A program made the position numbers and the translations under genes. DNA of 64,000 nucleotides, from assembly GCA_965218435.1 (NCBI GenBank), contig CBDCKW010000005.1, forward strand, positions 448,001 to 512,000, given 5' to 3'. This DNA is from Truepera sp. Its GTDB lineage: Bacteria > Deinococcota > Deinococci > Deinococcales > Trueperaceae. Below the pieces are notes generated by a model that saw nothing but the letters and a program-made list of their open reading frames with translations, did not search any database and was not told the origin of the DNA. Shown here piece after piece: positions 17,562 to 26,600 of this stretch (position 1 is the first letter of the stretch; each line of letters starts with the position of its first letter).

Positions 17562-18134
17562 TCAGGCAGGCTCGACGGTACGGGTGACGACCCAGCGGTG
17601 GGGCGAGATCGACCGGGTACGCGTGAAGCCGTGGTTCTCGAAGGCGGCCATCGGGCCGGTGTGGAGAAACGAGCCCGATACCGAGCGGTCGTCGGTCTCC
17701 TCGGGGTAACCCTCGACCGTGCCACCACCGTGGCGGGCAATCTCGACCAGCGCCCCGCCGAGCGCGGCGTTAGCCACGCCGCGTCCGCGCCCACCCTTCC
17801 CGGTGAAAAAGCACGTGACGCGCCAGTCGGGCAGCGTCGTGAGGCCCTTTTCGTATTTCCGCTTGCTCTTGACCTCCGGCAGCTCAGCGGGCGAGCCGAA
17901 CTGGCACCAGCCCAGGCAGGTGTCGCCGTCGAAGACGAGTGCGGCGTGGGCGCGACCCTCGCGGACCCGTTGCTCTTTCTCCGCCCGGTTCTGCTGAGCG
18001 GTTCGTCCCTTGCCGAGCTTGACGTGGAAGCCCATACACCAGCAACCGCCCCACACGCCGTTGTTCGCTTCGACCAGCCGAGCGAAGTCGGGCCAGGTGC
18101 TTTCGTCCAGCGGTCTTACGCTAAATTCGGTCAT
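17562..18134 (-). CDS. GNAT-family acetyltransferase
   Basis: GCWC, GWCQFG, WR.TCFF...RG.GVA..AL, VEGYP. Confidence 0.85.
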   Translation of the reverse strand: MTEFSVRPLDESTWPDFARLVEANNGVWGGCWCMGFHVKLGKGRTAQQNRAEKEQRVREGRAHAALVFDGDTCLGWCQFGSPAELPEVKSKRKYEKGLTTLPDWRVTCFFTGKGGRGRGVANAALGGALVEIARHGGGTVEGYPEETDDRSVSGSFLHTGPMAAFENHGFTRTRSISPHRWVVTRTVEPA

Positions 18135-18146
18135 CGTTTCTCCCTT

Positions 18147-18434
18147 CTAGCGACCAACCTCGAGCTTTATCGTTATCGTGTCACCTTCCTCGAGCTTTTC
18201 CGCCTTACGCACACTGTCTTTAAGGGGCACGAGGTAACGACCCTGTTTGGGAAACAGCGAGGTCTTCCAGGTAGTCTTGCCGATTTGCACCTCGACTGGA
18301 ATCATGCCCCAGCCGTAGGTGACGAGCTTCGACACGTCCTTGATGATGTCGCTTTCGTCTTCGGGTACGGCGACGAAGTAGTACGGGGAGGGGCCACGCC
18401 AGTACAGAAGGGCACCGCTGAACTCGAGGCTCAC
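18147..18434 (-). CDS. DUF1905-family protein
   Basis: YGWGMIPV.V.IG.T.W.TSLFPK.G.Y.VPLK..VR.AE.L; GTG overlaps the DinB stop. Confidence 0.85.
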   Translation of the reverse strand: MSLEFSGALLYWRGPSPYYFVAVPEDESDIIKDVSKLVTYGWGMIPVEVQIGKTTWKTSLFPKQGRYLVPLKDSVRKAEKLEEGDTITIKLEVGR

Positions 18435-18768
18435 TGCTCTGTCTTTTTGCCTCTCCAAACATCCCAGGTGAGCGGCCCGGCTTCCTTATCGCTGATCGGA
18501 TAACCCGCCGCCTTGAGGGCCAGCTTGATCTGACCGTGATGGTAGCCCTCGTGCCACAGCAAGAGCTGGAGCATCAGGACCGGGTGGTCGTAGTTGAGGT
18601 CTAAGTCCCGACCTGCCAGCACTCTCTCCCTCACCGCGTCCCGCACCGCCCTAGCACTGTCATTAAGCATCTGCGCGATGCGCTCCTCCTCACGCTCGTC
18701 TCGCCACTCTTCTTCGGGTACATTCCTGGCGAGTTCGGGAGCTTCCTCGAAAACGGATACCAGCCGCT
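18431..18768 (-). pseudogene. DinB-family gene, 5' part lost at IS3 end
   Basis: WHEGYHHGQIKLALK motif; frame runs into the IS3 IR and the 5' half is absent beyond the IS. Confidence 0.8.
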
Positions 18769-20042
18769 TGGAGTTACCCCGCTTTAGTGGATACCAATAC
18801 GCTTGAGATAGCGTGAGGAAGAGGTATCTATGCCCAGAAGTCACCTTCCATATCCACCCGAATTCAAAGCCGAAGCTGTAAGGCTTTATCACGCGAGCGA
18901 TAGAAGTCTGCAAAAGGTCGCTGACGACCTCGGCATCACCGCGAACTCGCTGAGAGAGTGGGTACGACGTATCGAGGTCGAAGACGGCAGCGGTGAGAGT
19001 CTTACGCAGGGCGAACGGGCAGAACTAAGCCGTTTACGCCGTGAAAACAAAGTTCTTAAAGAAGAACGAGAAATACTCCGAAAAGCGACCGCCTTCTTCG
19101 TCAAGGAAACCGACCGGACAAGATAGGCGTATTCCGGCTCGTAGAGCGAGAGAAGGCGAATCATAGTGTCAAGCGACTATGCAAGGTGCTAGGCGTTTCC
19201 CCTAGCGGCTATTATGCGTGGCGTCAGCGTGGCCCATCTCAGAGAGCGCAGAGAGACGCCGAACTGTCAAAGCGGATCAAGGCCGTCCACGCTAGGAGCC
19301 GTGGCATCTACGGTGCTCCTCGTGTCCATGCCGAGCTGCACCGCACATACGATGTTCACTGCTCTCGCAAGCGTGTCGCTCGGCTTATGCGGGAAGCGGG
19401 GCTGGTGGGTATCCATAGAAGGCGTAAACGAGGTGGCACAAAGCGTGCCCCGGCCCATCCTAGCTATACCGACCTGGTGAAGCGCGAATTCACCCCTAGT
19501 GTTCCCGACCGTTTGTGGGTCGCTGACATCACTCAACACCCGACTAACGAGGGCTGGCTTTATCTAGCGGTCGTCATCGACGCCTATTCTCGCAAAGTCG
19601 TCGGTTGGTCAATGGCTGAACACCTTCAAGCTGAACTCGTGATCAAAGCCCTTGAAATGGCGTTGTGGAACCGGCAGCCCTTTCCAGGTCTAATTCACCA
19701 TAGTGATCACGGCTCGCAGTACACTTCCCTGGCTTTCGGCCAACGGCTCGAGCAAGCCCACATCCTGGGTTCAATGGGTACGGTTGGAGATGCCTTGGAT
19801 AACGCCGTGGCAGAAAGCTTCTTTGCTACACTCCAAGTCGAACTGCTAGACCGGCAACGCTGGGAGACACGCCAACAGCTCACTACGGCCATCTTTAATT
19901 ACATTGAGGTCTTCTTCAACCGCCAGCGTCTCCACTCGACCTTGGGCTATCTCAGTCCGTCCGAGTTCGAGGAGGTGTATGCTCTCCAGCAGGCGGCGTG
20001 ACCGCCAAGTCCTAAACCTTCCACTAAATCGGGTCAACTCCA
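18769..20042 (+). mobile_element. IS3-family element (orfA 18830..19126, orfB to 20001)
   Basis: TG...CA ends with IRs TGGAGTTACCCCGCTTTAGTGGA / TCCACTAAATCGGGTCAACTCCA; OrfB WVADIT, HHSDHGSQY, DNAVAESFF. Confidence 0.92.
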
Positions 20043-20117
20043 CCGCCCGCCAACCGCCTTTGGCGGACGGTCTTGCGGCTGCTAGAATGGCGCACATCTA
20101 GTATCGGGAGTACTTTT

Positions 20118-21257
20118 ATGACGGCGCGCGTCTTAACGATTAATGAGCGGCATCTCCAGACCCCCGGCGAGCTCGCCAGCCTGGCCGATTTTACTTATGT
20201 AGAGGGTAAAGGGGTCGACCCGGCTGTCGTTGTCTACGACCCCGACCTCGGCCTCTACTGCCTCGACGACGAGACGAGGCGCGCCATCTTCGTCCGGCTC
20301 CCCCCGAGCGTCGACCTCACAAGATCGCCGTTCATCTACCAGACGCAAGGGGAGCAAGCAGAACACCTGGTCGCCGTTCCTTATGACGACTTCGGGCGGC
20401 TCGCCGCCGGACTACCGAAGGTTGAGCACTTCATCCTCGTCTACGGCACCGGGCGTAGCGGCTCGACCCTGCTCAGCCACGTCTTCAACGCGTCGGGTGC
20501 CGTCGTGAGTCTGTCCGAGCCTGACGTGACCGACCAGTTCGCCTTCATCCGCGCCCCGGACGGGGGCCGAGACGCCGAACTCTCCGGACTGCTCGATAGC
20601 ACGGTGCGTTTCTTGTTCAAGCCCAGCCGGTACAAGCGGGCTACGGCCTGCGCCCTCAAGTTCCGCGGCGAGGGGGTCCGGGCGATGGACCTTTACCAGA
20701 AGACCTTCCCGGGAACCAAGAATCTGCTCTTGTACCGCGACGCGGTCGGCTGGGTGGCGTCGTTCTACCGGGTGTTCAGGAACTTCGGGACTCCGGAGCG
20801 CGAACCCGCCCAGCAGTGGGCCGAGTACCTCGGGCGGTCGCTCGGGAGGACCCCGGACGAGGTGAGGGCTAAGCTGGGCGAGGACGAGAACGAGGACGTG
20901 TCGCTGGTCGAGGCGCTCGCCGTGTGGTGGCTGTTCGTGATGGAGGACTGTCTGGAACAGCACGAGCGGGGCGTCACCTCCTTGGCGGTGCGCTACGACG
21001 ACCTGAACGCGCACCGGGAGGCGGTCGTGGGCGAGATCTTCGGCTACTGCGGCCTGCCGACCGCCGACGTCAGCAAGGCGCTCGGAGCGTTCGACAAGGA
21101 CGCGCAGGCGGGTACGCCGCTGGCTCGGGCGGACGCCAAGCGGGGCAACGCCGTGCGGCTGACCGACCAGCAACTTGCCGACCTCCACACAGTCTTGCAG
21201 TGCCACCCGGTCGTCAACACGCCCGACTTCGTGCTGCCCGGAACGCTTGAGGTCTGA
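20118..21257 (+). CDS. sulfotransferase-family P-loop protein
   Basis: TGRSGSTLL PAPS loop, LSEPD, LYRD...WV.S, VRYDDL; more GC-rich than neighbours. Confidence 0.75.
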   Translation: MTARVLTINERHLQTPGELASLADFTYVEGKGVDPAVVVYDPDLGLYCLDDETRRAIFVRLPPSVDLTRSPFIYQTQGEQAEHLVAVPYDDFGRLAAGLPKVEHFILVYGTGRSGSTLLSHVFNASGAVVSLSEPDVTDQFAFIRAPDGGRDAELSGLLDSTVRFLFKPSRYKRATACALKFRGEGVRAMDLYQKTFPGTKNLLLYRDAVGWVASFYRVFRNFGTPEREPAQQWAEYLGRSLGRTPDEVRAKLGEDENEDVSLVEALAVWWLFVMEDCLEQHERGVTSLAVRYDDLNAHREAVVGEIFGYCGLPTADVSKALGAFDKDAQAGTPLARADAKRGNAVRLTDQQLADLHTVLQCHPVVNTPDFVLPGTLEV

Positions 21258-21344
21258 GCGGCCTGGTTCAAAGCGGTAGGCGGCTGATGATGTTGATACT
21301 GTCGGTGAAGAAGGCACCCCACCCGCCTTACCTGGGCACCCGAC

Positions 21345-21470
21345 TTTTTGCTCCCTAAAGACGCACCCATTCTGGCAGCGGCAGTCGAGGCGGGTGCCGA
21401 GCTGCTGGTTACAGGTGACCGAGTACATTTCGGGATGCTTTATGGACGGACGTTCGAGGGAACTAGCGCA
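21345..21470 (+). pseudogene. PIN-domain C-terminal fragment
   Basis: Own translation LPKDAPILAAAVEAGAELLVTGDRVHFG. Confidence 0.7.
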
Positions 21471-21495
21471 CACTTCTCCGCTGCGACATACGACT

Positions 21496-21510
21496 TGTAC
21501 ATGTTGTACA
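21496..21510. promoter_or_regulatory. Phd/YefM-type operator
   Basis: TGTACA-TGT-TGTACA just upstream of the antitoxin ATG. Confidence 0.55.
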
Positions 21511-21517
21511 CTAGGCT

Positions 21518-21769
21518 ATGAACAAGCCACTACCAACCGAAGTCACTGCCAGTGCGTTGCGCGACAACCTCGCTGCCTACCTCGACGCCGCCGAACACGG
21601 TGCTACTATCACCATTACCCGCCGGGGCCGACCCAGCCTCCAACTCGCCGTGGTAGGGGAGACGCCCGAAGCCCTCGACCTCGAGGACTTGCGCGCGTTC
21701 CGGGCGTCGCTGGGGGTAAGCGTTGAGCAGAGTGGGGTCGTCGCTGCCCGGCAGGACGAGCGGTATTAG
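21518..21769 (+). CDS. Phd/YefM-family antitoxin
   Basis: VTASALRDNLAAYLD.AE.G.TITITRRGRP. Confidence 0.85.
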   Translation: MNKPLPTEVTASALRDNLAAYLDAAEHGATITITRRGRPSLQLAVVGETPEALDLEDLRAFRASLGVSVEQSGVVAARQDERY

Positions 21770-22220
21770 GTACTACGACACCAGCGCCGTACTGCCGCTT
21801 TATCTGGAAGAATCCGCCACTAGAGCAGCCCACGACGCCCTAGCGCGTGACGCTGGACAACTCGTGACGTCGGTCCTGACGCTCGTCGAGGTGCGCTCAG
21901 GGCTCGCCCGCTACGGGCGGGAAGGCGTACTGAACGCTTTACAGATCGAAGCTGTTTTCGAGCGAGTCCAGCATGACTTGGAACGCACCCCCCGGCGGCT
22001 CGAGCTAACCTCTGATGTTTTAACCGAAGCCGTAAGGCTTTTTAGAACGCAGCTAGCCCTGCCGCTACGGACGTTGGACACCTTGCATGTCGCCACCTGC
22101 TTGCGTTACGGTACCCGCAGCTTCGTGACGGGCGACCGCCAGCAGGTGCGCCTCGCCCAAGCGGCAGGGCTAGACGTGCATCTGCTTGGAGGCGAGCACC
22201 CGGGAGAAAGCAGCCGATGA
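21723..22220 (+). CDS. VapC-like PIN toxin (true start probably near 21764)
   Basis: YYDTSA..PLY.EE, LT.VE..S, LRTLD.LH.A, FVTGD.QQ...A. Confidence 0.85.
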   Translation: MSRVGSSLPGRTSGIRYYDTSAVLPLYLEESATRAAHDALARDAGQLVTSVLTLVEVRSGLARYGREGVLNALQIEAVFERVQHDLERTPRRLELTSDVLTEAVRLFRTQLALPLRTLDTLHVATCLRYGTRSFVTGDRQQVRLAQAAGLDVHLLGGEHPGESSR

Positions 22221-22264
22221 AGTCACGAACAAAAGCTGCTGCTACAGCTCAGGAGGCTAGTTAA

Positions 22265-22831
22265 ATGAGCGACGTCGGCGAACGGATGATCCGTGAGTTA
22301 CAGGCGATTCGTAAAGCGCTCGAGACCTCGCAACCGCTGGGCTTCGGCAAAAAGGTGCAGCCGGTGTATGTGTTCGTTAAGCATTCACTAGAAAGTCTCT
22401 GGTACAGCCGGGATAAAGCAGTAGGAGAGAACGTACCGATTCTCGAGCGTGACCTGACCGGGTATTTGCTTAACGTCTGGCGCTTCAACAGGACGGATGA
22501 GGCAACCGGGGAAGTCGTCCCCAAACTCAACATCCAGAGCAAGGCCGATCAAGACTATGTGATTCAGTCGGGCTTCTCGACGAACTTCGCCCGCACGTTT
22601 CTCGCTGGCTTGTTGGAGCTCGAGCCCGGAGCACTTAAAGAGCCGTTGACGTTGGTGCTTGAAGATAATGCAGGCTCGCGGGCCAGACCTACGGTGTTCT
22701 GCCGGGTCGAGTCGAAGGGACAGCGAATGACGCCGACGTTAACCCGGGAGACAAAGGCTGAAGCACTCTATTATGAGGTCGTCCAGAAATTCGGGTTTGG
22801 CGACCCTTATGCGGTGGGGGAGAGCGGCTAG
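22265..22831 (+). CDS. hypothetical protein, paralogue fragment at 43132..43397
   Basis: 188-aa ORF with AGGAGG RBS; near-identical partial copy elsewhere in the window. Confidence 0.7.
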   Translation: MSDVGERMIRELQAIRKALETSQPLGFGKKVQPVYVFVKHSLESLWYSRDKAVGENVPILERDLTGYLLNVWRFNRTDEATGEVVPKLNIQSKADQDYVIQSGFSTNFARTFLAGLLELEPGALKEPLTLVLEDNAGSRARPTVFCRVESKGQRMTPTLTRETKAEALYYEVVQKFGFGDPYAVGESG

Positions 22832-22929
22832 AAACGACGAGGTCTATTCACGCCAGTGGCAAAGCGGAAACCCAACGCCGACGGAGGTTTTAGCTGTACT
22901 TAGTCTACCACTTAGTCTATAGTTAGTTT

Positions 22930-23157
22930 ATGAGTACGACCGTCAATATTCACGAGGCCAAAACGCATTTCTCTAGGCTGCTCGAGCGGGTAGCTTTGGG
23001 CGAGGAGATTGTGATCGCCCGGGCGGGAGAGCCTGTCGCCAAGCTCACTTCGCTAACACCTAAGCGAGCACGCACACCAGGGGGAGCGGTAGAGGTAAAG
23101 GTCACCGACAGCTTCTTCGATCCCTTGCCACCTGAGATCCTCACGTCCTTCGAATGA
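22930..23157 (+). CDS. Phd/YefM-family antitoxin
   Basis: VNIHEAKTHFSRLLERV..GEEIVIARAG.PVAKL; TTAGTCTA direct repeats upstream. Confidence 0.92.
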   Translation: MSTTVNIHEAKTHFSRLLERVALGEEIVIARAGEPVAKLTSLTPKRARTPGGAVEVKVTDSFFDPLPPEILTSFE

Positions 23158-23540
23158 GACTACTCCTAGATACGCACGCCTTTTTGTGGTGGTGTGCGGA
23201 TGACGTGCGCCTCAGCGAAGGGGCACGCCAAGGGATCGCAGATGCAGCAAACGAAGTCTATGTCAGTGCTGCGAGTGGTTGGGAAATCGCCATCAAAGCC
23301 AGAATTGGTAAGCTTGAGCTGGGTAGAGCGCCCGAGGCCTTTATGCTTCGTATGTTGGAACGGCACGCATTCGGTGTCCTGCCGATTACTTTGCGGCACG
23401 CCCTGTATGACTACGCCCTACCCACTTATCACTCGGACCCGTTCGACCGGCTGCTAATTGTTCAGGCACAGTTGGAAAACCTGACATTGGTGACAAACGA
23501 CAACCAGATCGCCAGGTACGACGTGTCGTCATTGTGGTGA
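23154..23540 (+). CDS. VapC-like PIN toxin
   Basis: MRLLLDTHAFLW, VSAAS.WEIAIK, H.DPFDRLLI.QA, LVT.D; ATGA overlap. Confidence 0.92.
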   Translation: MRLLLDTHAFLWWCADDVRLSEGARQGIADAANEVYVSAASGWEIAIKARIGKLELGRAPEAFMLRMLERHAFGVLPITLRHALYDYALPTYHSDPFDRLLIVQAQLENLTLVTNDNQIARYDVSSLW

Positions 23541-23634
23541 AGAATTCTTTCACTTTTGGTTCCCGTAAGTACATCAGATTTGCAGAGCACCCAACTTACG
23601 AACCCTTACAAGTTCATCACAGCAACAAACTGAC

Positions 23635-26600
23635 ATGACTTTCGAGCGCCGCCGAACTGCCTCTAAAAACCTTGGTGACGACTACCGCGATGTTATCGGG
23701 CTTGAGTACCTCATCGAGATGGTGCGTGCCCCTGAAGATGTTCTCTGGGTGAGCTTCGAGGCCGATGATGCAGGCAGCCTCGATGACGTCTATGTTGGGC
23801 GTACTGAGGGCGTCGAGTACATCCAAGCCAAGTATGCGGTTGAGCCGGGTGAGTGGTCATTGGAAGATCTTTTAGAACGCGAAGACGGCCCCCGTGCCCG
23901 CAGCCTGTTGCAGAAGTGGGTGGACTCTTGGCGTAAGGTAAGAAGCTTAGGGCACGCTTATACGCTAACCGTACGAACACGCCGCCGCCCGAATAGTGAA
24001 CTGGCCGCTTTATTTGAGGGTAACACCTTGTCCACCAGGATTCTCGATGGCGAAAGCTTCGGCGTAGAGAAAGCTGCCGTTTTCGGCCACCTCGGTGAGC
24101 ATGGTTATGAAGCAGCCGACATCCGACGGTTTCTTGGCGAATTACGTTTCGACTTCGAAGGCGTAGATGTGGAGGCGAAGCGAAACGACCTTAAGCGCGC
24201 TTTCCTCGCGCTCGGGGCGGAGGAGGAGAACTGGCTCGCGCTGCTCGACGCTCTGCGCACTTGGGTCCGCTACAAACAGCCCGGATCTGACGGTCTCGTT
24301 AGGCTCGGCGACATGCGCAAGGCGGCACGCTTGTGGAGCCCTGAGGAGGTGCGCCTGCCTCAAGACTTTCCCCTGGACGCTACGATCTACATCCTCGATT
24401 ACGGTCGGCGTCGGCAGGTCGAAACACTTTTAGAGGAAGCGGCAGGCAGTATGACGCTCCTACGTGGCGCGCCGGGCAGCGGCAAGAGCAGCTTTCTCTC
24501 CTGGCTCGCGGGCAACCCACCTATGGGCGTTAATCACGTGTTCCGGCATCACTGTTTCTTGGGCCTCGAGGACGATACGGCCGGTGCCAGGTTGGACGCG
24601 GATCGAGCCGCCTTGGCCCTCCTCGCCGAGGTAGTCACCGCAGCCCGCGAGCTCATCTCCGAGCCTGAGAAAAACAACCCGGCGGCGCTCGAGCGTGCCT
24701 TGCAAGAGGTAGCAGCGGCAGTGCACGCCGACGGGGGCAAGGTGCTCATCATTCTTGACGGGCTCGACCACGTGGTGAGAGAACACGACCTCGAGGAGGC
24801 CCGGCGACTGCTCAACTACCTGCCTTCCCCCGCTCCCGAGGGTCTTCATATTTTGATCGGCACGCAGCCCGTACAAGACCTGCTCGCGCCCCGATTCCAG
24901 CGCACCCCCAACACCGAGGTCTGGGTGGACGGGTTTAGCCTTGAGGGCACTGCCGCGTACCTTATGGCTCATGCGCAGCAGCACATCGACGACACACTTG
25001 TGCAGGCCGTCCACGAGAAATCCGATGGGAACCCCCTCTACCTGCACTATCTGGTTGAAGCAACGGTCGGCGCAGGTGAGGTGCTCACTGACCGCGCGGT
25101 GGCCCGCCTGCCCGCGTACGGCGGCGACATCGCGGCCTACTACCACGCCCTTTGGAACCGCCCGAACAGCGGACCGGTCAGCGACCGTGAGGCCGGAGAG
25201 GCCGTGCGCTTGCTGCTCGCGCTGCTCGGGTGGGCTAGCTTCGCGCTCCCCCGGGAGGACCTCGGGTACTTCGCCCGCCAGCTCGGGGTACCCGTCGTAC
25301 AGCTGAGCGCCGCTCTGCGTGACGCGACGCATCTACTCGACAGGCGTCGGCTGGAGCAAGGCACCCTTCGGCTCTACCACGAGAGCCTGCGCCGTTTCGT
25401 GCGCGAGCAGGATGAGGCCAAGACGTATCGCGAGACGGCGCTCGAGGCGCTCCTAAGCTGGGTTAAAGAGCGCGCCGATACGGCGACACGTTGGAGTGCC
25501 GAGTGGGAGCTCGAGCTGCTCCTCGGCAACCCAGAGCCACTGCTCGCCGGAGTGACGCGCGATTGGGCAATCGCGTCTCTCGACGCCCACCGACCCCACC
25601 AACGCCTTCTAGAGCTTTCACAATTAGCTGTTGAGGTCGCCGCCGATGCGGGTGACTTAGCTGAGCTTCTGAGGCGAGGTTGGCTCCTTCACTATGTAGG
25701 CGAGGCAACCGGTCATGAACGCCGGGACGCCGCGGGCTTTCATCTAAGTGCACGAGTAAGTAATGGCATGTCCAGAGACGAACTGACCAATATCCTGGCG
25801 AGCAAGAACGTCTACGGAGCGCAAAGTCTCGCAGCACTCGCGCACGCCGCCTTTCGCGATGGTTCTACCGAAGCGCCACGTCAGCTGCTCGACATGCTCG
25901 AGCATCAGCACCGCAAGGATGAGGCTTTCCTTACAACGCTTTTCAAGCTGCTAGCCTACGCCGAAATCGGTCCAGCCGGAGTGCTCACCTACTACATCAC
26001 TAACCTTAAGCACACGAAATCTACAGTGAGGTTTAATCAAGACTCGCCGTACCGCTGGCGAAGTGGATTCCGAACTTACCTGGACACGCTTACCCTGACT
26101 GGACAGGAAGAAGCCCTTCGTCACGTTGGCGAGGCGGAAGACTTAAGCCTTGCCGACCGTCAGACGGTTTACGACGCACAACTTTCTTTGGTCGTTAGCG
26201 AAGAGCGAGTAGAAGACGCTGTGAGCTTCGTAAATCAAGGCACTCGCTCAGCCTACGGTCAATGTGTCGCGCTAGCTCTAGGGCTTACGACACTACCTCC
26301 AGAAGGCGAGACGCTGCTCAGGCGCGATCCGGCACCTCGCGAAGTAAGATACAACGACGATGCAGGCTGGTCGAGCGACCACCTGCAGCTGGTGTGGTCG
26401 AGCGTCTGGTGGGCGGCACATGGTAGGCATGAAGCCCTTGAAGCCGAGGCCGAGAGGTTAGAGGGGCTCGGCATTCATGGTTGTTTCCTCAACTATCTAA
26501 TTCGGCTTGGGATGCGTGTACACGCATCCCTCGAAACGTCGAGCGAACTGGACTTATCCGCCGTCATCGCAGAACTACAGTCGCTCGTGCACCCTAAGTA

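Noticed and set aside
17598..18503. 301-aa plus-strand ORF
   Set aside because: Antisense to the GNAT and DUF1905 genes in GC-rich DNA.
18431..18913. 160-aa ORF as an intact gene
   Set aside because: Chimera of IS3 antisense sequence and a DinB 3' half.
20412..21473. 353-aa minus-strand ORF
   Set aside because: Shadow of the sulfotransferase; no recognisable motifs.
24460..25332. 290-aa ORF nested in the STAND gene
   Set aside because: Antisense in-register shadow of a GC-rich coding segment.
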